Origin: an uncultured Collinsella sp.
GTDB taxonomy: Bacteria; Actinomycetota; Coriobacteriia; Coriobacteriales; Coriobacteriaceae
Direction: 5' to 3'
DNA length: 64,000 nt
Assembly: GCA_902466395.1 (NCBI GenBank)
Contig: CABQQR010000002.1
Span: forward strand, 110,184 to 174,183
The translations under genes and the position numbers were made by a program. Within the stretch, counting starts at the first letter, position 1, and every line of letters begins with the position of its first letter. Below the pieces are notes generated by a model, which saw only the letters and a program-made list of their open reading frames with translations, made no database searches and was not told the origin of the DNA. Below, piece by piece: positions 49,546 through 58,508 of this stretch.

Positions 49546-50709
49546 CTAATACAGACCCGCCTCGCGGATGGCCTCGACAGCCAAAGCAATCTGATCGGGC
49601 GGCAGGACCAGCGCCATGCGCACGTGTCCCTCGCCCGAAGGACCAAAGCTCGCGCCCGGCGTCACCACAACGCCGGCCTTCTCCATGAGCTCCTCGCAAA
49701 ACGCCATGGAATCGGTGCGACCACCGGGAAGCTTGGCCCACACAAACATAGAGCCATGCGCGTTGGGACGCTCCCAGCCCAGGCCCTCAAGACCGTCGCG
49801 CAGGGCATCGCGGCGCTCCTGGTACTTCAGACGCTGCGCCTCGACCTCATCGCGCGGACCGTTCAGGCAGGCGATAGCAGCCTTCTGGATCGGGAAGAAC
49901 ATACCAAAGTCGATCTGGCCGCGCAGCTTGGCAAAGGCCGAGACCACATCCTCGCGACCGACCAAAAAGCCGATACGCGCACCGGTGACGTTAAACGACT
50001 TGGAGAGCGAGAAGAACTCAACGCCCACCTCGAGCGCGCCGGGATACTGCAAGAAGCTGCCGCCCGGCTCGCCGTCGAACACGATGTCGGAGTATGCGTT
50101 GTCGTGAACGATGAGCAGGTCGTGCTCGCGGGCGAAAGCGATGACCTCCTCGTAGACCTCGGGCGTGCCCACCGAGCCCACCGGGTTGGCGGGCAGCGAC
50201 ACAATCATGTACTTGGCACGATCGGCCACCTCGGGATCGATACCCGCCACATAGGGCAGGTAATTGTGCTCCGCCACCAGCGGATAGTACTCGAGCTTGG
50301 CATCGGCGATCTTGGCACCCGCCTCAAAGACCGGGTAGCACGGATCGGGAACCAGGATGGTGTCACCCGGATCGAGCAGGGCCAGGCCCAAATGGCCCAC
50401 GCCCTCCTGCGTGCCGTTGCACGACTGCACCATGGACGGTGTAATGCCCGAAACGCCAAAGCGACGCTCATAGTAATCGCACACGGCTTGTTTGAGTTCG
50501 GGCAGGTCGCGCAGGGCATACTTCCACATCTCGGGATCTTGGGCTGCATGCGTGAGCGCCTCGACCACATGGTCGTACGGCTTAAAGTCGGGCGTGCCCA
50601 CGCTCATGTTGTAAATGGTCTTGCCCTGAGCCTTCAGCGCGAGAAGTTCGTTGTTGAGCGAGGCGAAGACCTCCGCGCCAAAGCGGTCGAGACGCTGCGA
50701 TGCCTGCAT
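49546..50709 (-). CDS. PLP-dependent class I aminotransferase (possibly the N-acetyl-LL-diaminopimelate aminotransferase of the acetylase DAP route)
   Basis: PLP-Lys region SLSKSFNVTGARIG, fold type I. ATG at 50709 after an AAAGGTGG RBS. Confidence 0.8.
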   Translation of the reverse strand: MQASQRLDRFGAEVFASLNNELLALKAQGKTIYNMSVGTPDFKPYDHVVEALTHAAQDPEMWKYALRDLPELKQAVCDYYERRFGVSGITPSMVQSCNGTQEGVGHLGLALLDPGDTILVPDPCYPVFEAGAKIADAKLEYYPLVAEHNYLPYVAGIDPEVADRAKYMIVSLPANPVGSVGTPEVYEEVIAFAREHDLLIVHDNAYSDIVFDGEPGGSFLQYPGALEVGVEFFSLSKSFNVTGARIGFLVGREDVVSAFAKLRGQIDFGMFFPIQKAAIACLNGPRDEVEAQRLKYQERRDALRDGLEGLGWERPNAHGSMFVWAKLPGGRTDSMAFCEELMEKAGVVVTPGASFGPSGEGHVRMALVLPPDQIALAVEAIREAGLY

Positions 50710-50826
50710 GGTGCCACCTTTCGATATGAAAAACGCGGCGCTCCGACAAGAGCGCCGCGCGATACGGGCCATCAGATTGCAAAAGTGTAACGCTTGCACC
50801 CGCTGTTTTGGTTCAATTTGGCAACC

Positions 50827-52827
50827 TTAGTCCATCGGATTGAGCGCGTCAATCTGGGCGAGCCACAGGCGCGAGCTGGCGTCACTCGGCATACGCCAAT
50901 CGCCGCGCGGACTGAGCGTCACCGAGCCCACCTTGGGACCATCGGGCAGGCAGCTGCGCTTAAACTGCTGGGCAAAGAAGCGACGATAGAACGTACGCAG
51001 CCACGTGTGAACGGTCTTGGCATCGTAGACGCCCTCGAAGCTCTTGAGCGCCATGCGGTAGATCTTGCCCGGCTCAAAGCCAAAACGCAGTAGGTAGTAG
51101 AGGAAGTAGTCGTGCAGCTCGTACGGGCCCACCAAATCCTCGGTCTTCTGCGCAATCTCGCCGTCGCCCGTGGGCGGCAGAAGCTCGGGGGACACCGGCG
51201 TATCGAGGATGTCGAGCAGCGTCTCGGCAATACGCCCGCCAAAGACATCAGCCGCATAACGCACCAGATGACGCACAAGCGTCTTGGGCACGCTCGCATT
51301 GACGGCATACATGCTCATGTGGTCTCCGTTATAGGTAGCCCAGCCGAGCGCCAGCTCCGACAGGTCACCGGTGCCGATGACAAAGCCGCCAGCCTGGTTG
51401 GCCAAGTCCATCAGAATCTGCGTACGCTCGCGGGCTTGGCTGTTCTCGTAAGTCACGTCCTGCACGGCCGGATCGTGCTCAATGTCCTTGAAGTGCTGCT
51501 CCACGGCCGCGTGGATCGAAACCTCGCGGAAGCTCACGCCAAGGTCGCGAGCGAGCGACTCGGCATTCGACTTGGTACGATGCGTCGTGCCAAAGCCGGG
51601 CATGGACACGGCAGTGATGCCTGTGCGCGGCAGCCCCAGCGCATCAAAGGCACGCACGGTCACAAGCAGTGCCAACGTGGAGTCCAGGCCGCCCGAAAGA
51701 CCGATGACAGCCGCCTTGGTACCCGTATGGGCAAGGCGGGTCTTGAGGCCCGCAGTCTGCAGGTCGAGGATGGTCTCGCAGCGCTCGGCCAGGTCGCCAT
51801 GGTCGGCCGGCACAAAGGGCGCGCGCGGGAAAACGCGGTCGATATCGCAGGCATCGCGCAGGACAGGCTCTTCGGCCAACACACCCTCAAACGAAAACTC
51901 AACGGTCGTGTCCTCCGGCGCATCGTCCGCGCGTGTCCACGTCGTCGAGCGGCGGCGCTCGGCAACCAGGCGGTCAAGGTCAACATCGGCGACGGCCATG
52001 TCGCAGGTAAGCAGTTTGGTGGCGGCCAGCTTAGAGCCGTTTTCGTAGATCAGGTTCTCGCCCGCAAAGACCATGTCGGTCGTGGACTCGCCCTCGCTCG
52101 CATCGGCGTAGACATAGGCGCAGTACAGGCGCGCACTCTGATTGGAGATAAGGCTGCGGCGGTAATCCGCCTTGCCGATAATCTCGTCCGAGGCCGACGG
52201 GTTGAGAATCACCGTCGCACCGGCAAGCGCCATCTCGGTCGAAGGGGGTGCCGGCACCCACAGGTCCTCACAGACTTCAACGCCCAGCACCAGGTCCTCG
52301 GCGCCTTCATCACAGCAACGGTAGACAAGCCCCGAACCCAGCGGGACCGGACCCTGACCGGCAAATTCAACCCACACGGGATCCGCAGGCGCCGGAGCAA
52401 ACCAACGGCGCTCATAGAACTCGCCATAGTTGGGCAGATACTTCTTGGCCGTGAGGCCCAAAAGCTCGCCCGCGCAGCACACGGCGGCGCAGTTGTAGAT
52501 ATTCTCGGCAACTGCAACGGGAAGACCGATGGTAAAGACGACCGGCAACTCACGGGTTTCATCAAGGATGTGCACAAGTGCCGCCTCGCAGGCATGCAGC
52601 AGTGTGCGGTTATGGAACAGATCGGCCGCGGTATAGCCGCACAGATTAAGCTCGGGCAACACCAACGCGCGAATGCCGCGCTCGGCAGCTCTGCGAACAG
52701 CTGCCAGCGCAACCTCGGCATTACCCTCGACATCGGCCACGCGAATCTGCGGCGACGCCGCCGCCACACGCAAAAAGCCATCGTTCTTATTAGCCGAAAC
52801 GCAGCATTGCCTTGTTGATCTGGACAC
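50827..52827 (-). CDS. nadE: Glutamine-dependent NAD+ synthetase (N-terminal nitrilase domain plus C-terminal NadE domain)
   Basis: CN-hydrolase domain (…VLPELNLCGYT…EVCEDLW…) followed by a PP-loop (GLSGGLDSTL). The start is uncertain: GTG at 52827 or an internal start near 52770. Confidence 0.9.
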   Translation of the reverse strand: MSRSTRQCCVSANKNDGFLRVAAASPQIRVADVEGNAEVALAAVRRAAERGIRALVLPELNLCGYTAADLFHNRTLLHACEAALVHILDETRELPVVFTIGLPVAVAENIYNCAAVCCAGELLGLTAKKYLPNYGEFYERRWFAPAPADPVWVEFAGQGPVPLGSGLVYRCCDEGAEDLVLGVEVCEDLWVPAPPSTEMALAGATVILNPSASDEIIGKADYRRSLISNQSARLYCAYVYADASEGESTTDMVFAGENLIYENGSKLAATKLLTCDMAVADVDLDRLVAERRRSTTWTRADDAPEDTTVEFSFEGVLAEEPVLRDACDIDRVFPRAPFVPADHGDLAERCETILDLQTAGLKTRLAHTGTKAAVIGLSGGLDSTLALLVTVRAFDALGLPRTGITAVSMPGFGTTHRTKSNAESLARDLGVSFREVSIHAAVEQHFKDIEHDPAVQDVTYENSQARERTQILMDLANQAGGFVIGTGDLSELALGWATYNGDHMSMYAVNASVPKTLVRHLVRYAADVFGGRIAETLLDILDTPVSPELLPPTGDGEIAQKTEDLVGPYELHDYFLYYLLRFGFEPGKIYRMALKSFEGVYDAKTVHTWLRTFYRRFFAQQFKRSCLPDGPKVGSVTLSPRGDWRMPSDASSRLWLAQIDALNPMD

Positions 52828-52949
52828 TGGAGGCCCCTTCTACCCTGAGATTCAGTCTAACGGACGTTCACATATCTCTAACTAGCCAAAGCAACCTCTC
52901 AGTTTACTGAGACGCCAACCTGTGCTAAGAGCATGTATTCCAAAAATAT

Positions 52950-52995
52950 CTTTAATTAAAAAAGGAGAAATCGATAATCGACTTCTCCTTTAAGC
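52950..52995 (-). terminator. Rho-independent terminator closing the low-GC radical-SAM island
   Basis: Minus-strand RNA reads cttaaaggagaa gtcgattatcgat ttctcctttttt, about 20 nt after the 36-aa peptide stop. Confidence 0.6.
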
Positions 52996-53015
52996 GAGGC
53001 AAGTTAATTCCGAAA

Positions 53016-53126
53016 CTAATGGCAGAATTTATCCATGTAGTCCTCAAAGTCGAACACTTCTACCACGACGCCCTCTTCCTGAGACTCTTTCAGTTGCTCC
53101 AAGAGATCTTTGTTAATAACGTCCAT
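53016..53126 (-). CDS. 36-aa highly acidic peptide MDVINKDLLEQLKESQEEGVVVEVFDFEDYMDKFCH, a candidate precursor or partner peptide of the radical SAM enzyme
   Basis: Not in the ORF track because it is under 60 aa. An AGGAGG RBS lies immediately after the radical SAM stop codon (TAG AGGAGG TTTCTGC ATG), which implies translational coupling. The terminator follows. Low-GC codon usage matches the island. Confidence 0.6.
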   Translation of the reverse strand: MDVINKDLLEQLKESQEEGVVVEVFDFEDYMDKFCH

Positions 53127-53139
53127 GCAGAAACCTCCT

Positions 53140-55461
53140 CTATCTAATCAATTGTAGTATATCTGCTTTCATGCAATTATCAACCAACTTGTTTAATTGC
53201 TCCTCGTTTGTCGATAGTCCCTCTTTTTTCAAAATGTCGCGCACCTCGTTCTTAGTAATCGGCTTTTCAAACAACGAAAGCAAAGCGAACGAAAAATCAT
53301 TAACCGCACACATTCTATGGGTGGCACAACTCAGCAGTACTCTTAACCCCTCTTTTGAGCGTCCGACTTCTTTAACAAACGAACTTTTAACCAATTGAAA
53401 ACCGTTATCGTGCATTACATAATCGGCATCGATATTTGTATTCAGCAATCCATAATGCAACAGTTCTTCTATCGCCCTTGTCAGCTCGAGGTCGCCCTGA
53501 TCAAGAATAAGAGAAATGCTACAATCGGCCTCCAATAAACGGGCCAACTTAAGGTATACCAACTGGGAAACAGCATAGACATGATGGTATTCAGAATTAT
53601 AGAAGTAGGCAAATGGCTCAACGAGCACGACAGAGGTCTTGGAATCCAGCCAGATTCGATCAGCTGGATTTAGACTAGTTAGCCGTCGCTTTACTTTGGT
53701 CAAATGTCCCTTATACCTGACAGCGTGAATAGAATCTAGGATCCAGGTCACCTCTGAAATATGAAGCCGCTGGGGCAAGTCAATTGTGTCGCTACCGTTT
53801 ATGACCTCTTGCATATAAAAATCAATATGATGCTCATCAGATAAGGATTTTGCTTCATTTAAAGTTAAACCAGTGCCTGAAACATAATCCACTTCGAGGC
53901 GCAAATCCTCATATTGGGACTTCGGCATTACAGAGACACCATACTTATCGGGATGATTCCAAACATCCGACCCCATAACGAGACCAAAATTCGTAAATCC
54001 TCTCGTGGAATATGGAACACCACATACCTGTTTTGAATAATTCAAAACATTCTCTGTATAAGCTAAGGTGTTCAGAGCCTCTTCTTTAGTTTCGGTCGGA
54101 AAGCCAATCATAAAAAATAGATGAACAGGAATACCCGCATTGAGACAATCATGGACATTGCGATCAATCCAATCAACTCTCGTGTTCTTCTTCATTAGAT
54201 CAAGAACTCTTTGGTTGTATGACTCGAGGCCAAACTGAATCTGCCTACATCCACTTTGGTATATCTTGTTAAAAACTTCTGTACTTAGGGTTGGAGAGAA
54301 CCTCGTTTCTCCATGCCAGAAAAACGTTTTTCCCGATGCGTTTATTTCATCCGCGAGTTGCTCCATTCTTTTGCCTTCGAATGTTTCATCCACAAAAGAG
54401 AAAACTCTCGTGCCGTATTTTTCATTTAACCGACACATTATTTCAAATACTCTCGATATAGGCATCTTTCGGTAACAACCACCGGTGGCACCGGGAATGG
54501 TGCAGAAGGCGCAATGATTAAAACACTGCCTAGAGGAATAAACCGGCAATATTAACTCAGGCATGAAGTATTTAGAAAGGGCGAAGCCATCGAAATCGGG
54601 AACTGTATCGTTGATAAATGTTTGCTCAATCCGATGGTTTTTATATATCTTTCCACCTTTAGCATGGCAAAGGTTTGGAACACAGTCGAGATTGTCATCA
54701 CCAGAGTCAAGAGCCTCAAGAAGACGTGCAAGCGGCTCTTCGCCGTCATACATCATTATCGAATCAATGTATTCAAAAAAGGGATGCCATTCTTTCATGC
54801 AGTCATCTGCTAAACGAGTAATGTAATTGCCGCCCAATGAGACGTGTTTAACAGATGGACATTCTTCCTTAATCAGTTTCGCTAACGTAACTGCAGAAAT
54901 CAATTGGAAACAGCCGCTCACCGAAATCCCAATAAACTCGAATTTTTCCCTCTGAATACGCTTAAGAAAGGCAGTTTCATAGAAGGAAATAAACGGATTA
55001 TGCAAGGTATCCGCAAGCGATTTCATTATTTCTGGTGTCGAATAATAATCATAGGGCAGATCTATGGAGTTGAACGTGTATTTAACTCCATATGAGACGT
55101 GATTTATGATATAGAGTGCATTTCTAAAAATGTTTTCAGCATATTGTCTTTCTTTTAGATTAAAGTATCTCTTCGATCTGAAAATATCTTTTGCCTCGTC
55201 AACATTAAGTGCCGACTTTTGTATCAACTCGATTGTTAATTGAACATTCGAACTAAACGAATCCTTTGATTCCCGATACCTTTTACAGCACTCTTCGACA
55301 TGTCTAAAAGATAGGAGGTCATCGTAAAATTCCACGTTTAAGTCAACAATGTCAACTTTGTATTGTTCAACCTCTTGAAGATATGACTTCAAAACAGGCA
55401 AGGCAAGATACGGCCCCACTGGACTCCATCCTGGGGGAAATACTAAAAGCGTTTTAGGCAT
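53140..55461 (-). CDS. B12-binding-domain radical SAM enzyme (class B, 773 aa) with a roughly 210-aa C-terminal extension
   Basis: N-terminal cobalamin-binding-like domain (MPKTLLVFPPGWSPVGPYLALPVL…ISVSGCFQLISAVTLAKLIKEECPSVKHVSLGGNY). The radical SAM cluster motif is CFNHCAFC (Cx3Cx2C). There is no Cys-rich SPASM domain. GC is about 38% against a genome value of about 63%. Confidence 0.85.
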   Translation of the reverse strand: MPKTLLVFPPGWSPVGPYLALPVLKSYLQEVEQYKVDIVDLNVEFYDDLLSFRHVEECCKRYRESKDSFSSNVQLTIELIQKSALNVDEAKDIFRSKRYFNLKERQYAENIFRNALYIINHVSYGVKYTFNSIDLPYDYYSTPEIMKSLADTLHNPFISFYETAFLKRIQREKFEFIGISVSGCFQLISAVTLAKLIKEECPSVKHVSLGGNYITRLADDCMKEWHPFFEYIDSIMMYDGEEPLARLLEALDSGDDNLDCVPNLCHAKGGKIYKNHRIEQTFINDTVPDFDGFALSKYFMPELILPVYSSRQCFNHCAFCTIPGATGGCYRKMPISRVFEIMCRLNEKYGTRVFSFVDETFEGKRMEQLADEINASGKTFFWHGETRFSPTLSTEVFNKIYQSGCRQIQFGLESYNQRVLDLMKKNTRVDWIDRNVHDCLNAGIPVHLFFMIGFPTETKEEALNTLAYTENVLNYSKQVCGVPYSTRGFTNFGLVMGSDVWNHPDKYGVSVMPKSQYEDLRLEVDYVSGTGLTLNEAKSLSDEHHIDFYMQEVINGSDTIDLPQRLHISEVTWILDSIHAVRYKGHLTKVKRRLTSLNPADRIWLDSKTSVVLVEPFAYFYNSEYHHVYAVSQLVYLKLARLLEADCSISLILDQGDLELTRAIEELLHYGLLNTNIDADYVMHDNGFQLVKSSFVKEVGRSKEGLRVLLSCATHRMCAVNDFSFALLSLFEKPITKNEVRDILKKEGLSTNEEQLNKLVDNCMKADILQLIR

Positions 55462-55468
55462 ATCAACG

Positions 55469-56656
55469 TCACATCTTTCGCAAATAATTCAATTGAAACA
55501 CAACTACCATCATAATTGAAAATACACCAAGTCCTGTAACGAGAATTGAGAACATCGCGATGCTCGTGAACAGCGAAACAAGAAGTGTTGAAATAACAAC
55601 AGCAACCGATTGCAAAGACTCCCTAATTGAAAACAGGCTTATCGATTCAGATCCGTCTCTCGCCAAATCCTGCAGCGATGTTATGAGAAGCACATCTTGA
55701 ATGGCGTTTCCGGCACCGACGATAAAAAGGAAAATAAACGATATCCCAGACGCATAGCGATAGCCAAACGCCAGATACGCACCGAGCGCAAGATACGTCA
55801 CAAAACAATATGATTTAACGCAATCGGAACCACTGATTAAACGACCATATATTGTATTTCCGAACAACAGTCCGATTGTAAGACTACTCTGAAGGAATCC
55901 GTATTGTATCGATGACGAGTCAAATTGCAATTGCGCTATAGCTGGCAAAAGAGAATTCAGAGAGCCGAATGCCACGCCACTAGAAATATCGATTAATAGG
56001 AAACCAATTGCCAAGTGCTTCGCGCTAAGATCACTAAATGCAGTCCTGTTTTTTTCATTTTTGCTTATTCCCTCTTTATCATTAACCTCGATAACCGACG
56101 GAACATCTCGCAGCAACCAGAACGACGCGGCAAAAGAAAGCGCGTCTAATGCAAGAACAGCCTCCGCCCCAAATTGAGCGACAACAAAACCGCCGGCAAC
56201 TGGCCCCAGAACCATCATCAAATTCTGCAGGAACCCAAACGAATTATTAATTACGTCGCGATTGATACTATTCGTATTGGCTCTTAACAACGAGTAAAAG
56301 CAGGGCATTTCTACCGTTCGGCAAAGCGATACCGCGCACGTAATAGCAAACATACTCCATTTACTATCAACAAAAATATAGCAAACGAATAATCCCGCGC
56401 GAATTAAGTCTGCCAATCTCATGGCCTGCAGTGTCCCGATACCCATCTTCTGAGGCAGCTGCGCGAGCGCAACTGAAAACAGAGAGGGGGCAAATCTGCA
56501 GCAGACCATCAAAGCAGTTGCAGAAACATCGTGAGTTACCTCGTAAATCAGCATTGGCAAAGCAATATTCGCACACCAATTGCCTATTTCGCTTATCCCT
56601 CTAGCAATATATAGGACCCGAACCGGACGGCTAGCTCTCAATACCGTGAACATCAC
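55469..56656 (-). CDS. MFS transporter (candidate exporter of the island product)
   Basis: 12-TM MFS profile, AT-rich like the neighbouring genes. The stop lies 8 bp before the radical SAM start. Confidence 0.75.
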   Translation of the reverse strand: MMFTVLRASRPVRVLYIARGISEIGNWCANIALPMLIYEVTHDVSATALMVCCRFAPSLFSVALAQLPQKMGIGTLQAMRLADLIRAGLFVCYIFVDSKWSMFAITCAVSLCRTVEMPCFYSLLRANTNSINRDVINNSFGFLQNLMMVLGPVAGGFVVAQFGAEAVLALDALSFAASFWLLRDVPSVIEVNDKEGISKNEKNRTAFSDLSAKHLAIGFLLIDISSGVAFGSLNSLLPAIAQLQFDSSSIQYGFLQSSLTIGLLFGNTIYGRLISGSDCVKSYCFVTYLALGAYLAFGYRYASGISFIFLFIVGAGNAIQDVLLITSLQDLARDGSESISLFSIRESLQSVAVVISTLLVSLFTSIAMFSILVTGLGVFSIMMVVVFQLNYLRKM

Positions 56657-56912
56657 GATTAACCTCGTATTTCAGGCCTCGTTCATCCCTTAATAGGAAT
56701 CCATAATCAACCAAGTACCGCCTCAACACGGCATAATCAGGATAGAGCTGTGACAGCACACGATTAACCTGAAGCTCCGTATAACTTGTATTTAATTCAA
56801 AGAAAGAGACGGCCCATAGCAGCATGATTCTTTTATAGCTTTCCTTTTTTGGAATTGAAACCAGCTCGCCATTCTTGAGAAATCGTTTTTTAAAGTCTAT
56901 TAGCTCATCCAT
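56631..56912 (-). CDS. Small DUF2087-like protein (93 aa)
   Basis: …YTELQVNRVLSQLYPDYAVLRRYLVDYGFLLRDERGLKYEV… resembles the DUF2087 module often fused to ArsR-type regulators. It overlaps the MFS start by 26 bp. Confidence 0.5.
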   Translation of the reverse strand: MDELIDFKKRFLKNGELVSIPKKESYKRIMLLWAVSFFELNTSYTELQVNRVLSQLYPDYAVLRRYLVDYGFLLRDERGLKYEVNRDVHGIES

Positions 56913-57012
56913 TCACATCCTCCATTTCATACGCATCTAATACTAAAAATGCATACGCTTTAGGTCATCGCATTCAGCTTCTTTATTCGAACTAAACTCG
57001 AACTAATCTAAA

Positions 57013-57231
57013 TTATTTGCTCAGACACTCTTCGAAAGCTCGTTTTTCACTCTGAGTAAAATGCCCTTCCCAGTCAGTCCACGAACAGGAAGGCAACTCA
57101 CAACGAGCGGAGTCGAAGCCCTCTGCCGTCGGTCGCTCAAAATGCACGATAACCTTTTCAATATCGCCATCTGTAATCAGGTCAGAATGAATGACCTCGG
57201 TTCCATCTTCGAATGTCATATACGGGTACAT
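57013..57231 (-). CDS. Hypothetical 72-aa protein MYPYMTFEDGTEVIHSDLITDGDIEKVIVHFERPTAEGFDSARCELPSCSWTDWEGHFTQSEKRAFEECLSK
   Basis: GAGGTGG RBS 8 nt before the ATG at 57231. It is the first gene of the low-GC island. The longer 157-aa ORF in the track is a GC-rich read-through artefact. Confidence 0.4.
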   Translation of the reverse strand: MYPYMTFEDGTEVIHSDLITDGDIEKVIVHFERPTAEGFDSARCELPSCSWTDWEGHFTQSEKRAFEECLSK

Positions 57232-57405
57232 CACGTAAACCACCTCGCAAACATAAATCCAGTTTAGCATCAAGCTATTGCACCAAAGACAGCAGGCCCC
57301 CTTGATGAGTTGATGGTATCTGTTAAATGTCACGTATGATTCACATCTGGTGGGTACCCTGATGGCTACACGAAACGAAGCAGATTTACACCGGGAGGAC
57401 CCCGT

Positions 57406-58368
57406 ATGACAACCAAGTACACCGACGCGCCGCGCACGCGCGTCATGACGCCGGCATCGCTCAACAACGGCGTGCACGAGAACCATTCCATCGGACAGAC
57501 CATGGCCATCGCGCCCAAAAAGGGCCTGTTCGATGACATTTCCATTCCCCAGATCATCGCCGGCGCCGCAGCTGCCGCCACGAGCGTCGCGCTTGCCTCC
57601 AAGATTGGTATCGCTGGTTCAGTAATTGGCGCCGCCGTGAGCTCGGTCATCACCGTTGTGTCCTCGCAGGTCTACCGCCACTTTATCTCTGCCAGCGCCG
57701 AAGCAATCAAGGGCACGCATGCCGCTGTCGACTACCCTGCCGGCGCCTACGAGCCCGTTGAACCCGATGTCGAGGAGCACCTAGGTGGCGCCGCGACCAC
57801 GCAGGAAATGCGCCAGGTTGCGGGACGCGCGACCACGGCGCGCGTCGCCCCTAACAGTCTGCGCGCCAAGGCGGCGGCAGAGCGCAGCCAGACGCAAAAG
57901 AAGGTCATCGTCTTCTCGATCGCCATCGCCATCGTCGCGGTCATCGCCTGTACCGGCGCCATCCTTATTACCACCGCCGGTGAGGGTCTGGGCGAGCGCC
58001 CCGAGCCAATCCTTTCGTCGCGCACGACCGAGAGCGATGCAAATGGCACCACCCAGTCGCAGGATCAGCAGGCACAGACGGACGACACGCAAGACAATTC
58101 TACCTCTGCCGATTCGTCCGCGAACACCCAAAACCAATCGCAGGGTACCGATTCCTCTACGGCCAACAGTGGCACGCCGTCCGGCACGACCGACTCAAGC
58201 CAAACGACTGACGGTTCGCAGCCGAGCACGGGCGGTCAGACGAGCGACACCACTTCGGGAACGGGCACAGCAGACAGCAGCAACACCAACAGCTCGAACA
58301 GCTCGAGCGGAACCGCGTCCGGCACGGCATCCGACAACTCGAGCCAAGGCACGGCATCGGGCAACTAA
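57406..58368 (+). CDS. Hypothetical membrane protein with a Ser/Thr/Gln-rich low-complexity C-terminal tail
   Basis: Two Gly/Ala-rich TM segments and a roughly 130-aa S/T/Q/D-rich tail (…TDSSQTTDGSQPSTGGQTSDTTSGTGT…). Confidence 0.5.
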   Translation: MTTKYTDAPRTRVMTPASLNNGVHENHSIGQTMAIAPKKGLFDDISIPQIIAGAAAAATSVALASKIGIAGSVIGAAVSSVITVVSSQVYRHFISASAEAIKGTHAAVDYPAGAYEPVEPDVEEHLGGAATTQEMRQVAGRATTARVAPNSLRAKAAAERSQTQKKVIVFSIAIAIVAVIACTGAILITTAGEGLGERPEPILSSRTTESDANGTTQSQDQQAQTDDTQDNSTSADSSANTQNQSQGTDSSTANSGTPSGTTDSSQTTDGSQPSTGGQTSDTTSGTGTADSSNTNSSNSSSGTASGTASDNSSQGTASGN

Positions 58369-58508
58369 GCACATTTTCCTCTCATAGATAACCGGCCTGT
58401 ATAACGGGCGCGAATCGACAGCGGTTCGCGCCCGTTTGCCTTGGGCGCCGCCATGGCGAACGCTATGCGATGGTAAGATGCTTTACATGTGTAAAGAGGA
58501 GATTTGCC

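Noticed and set aside
51112-52818. 568-aa plus-strand ORF
   Set aside because: Antisense to nadE.
57013-57486. 157-aa minus-strand ORF
   Set aside because: The N-terminal 85 codons are GC-rich readthrough across the island boundary. The AT-rich C-terminal 72 codons have their own RBS and are reported as the real gene.
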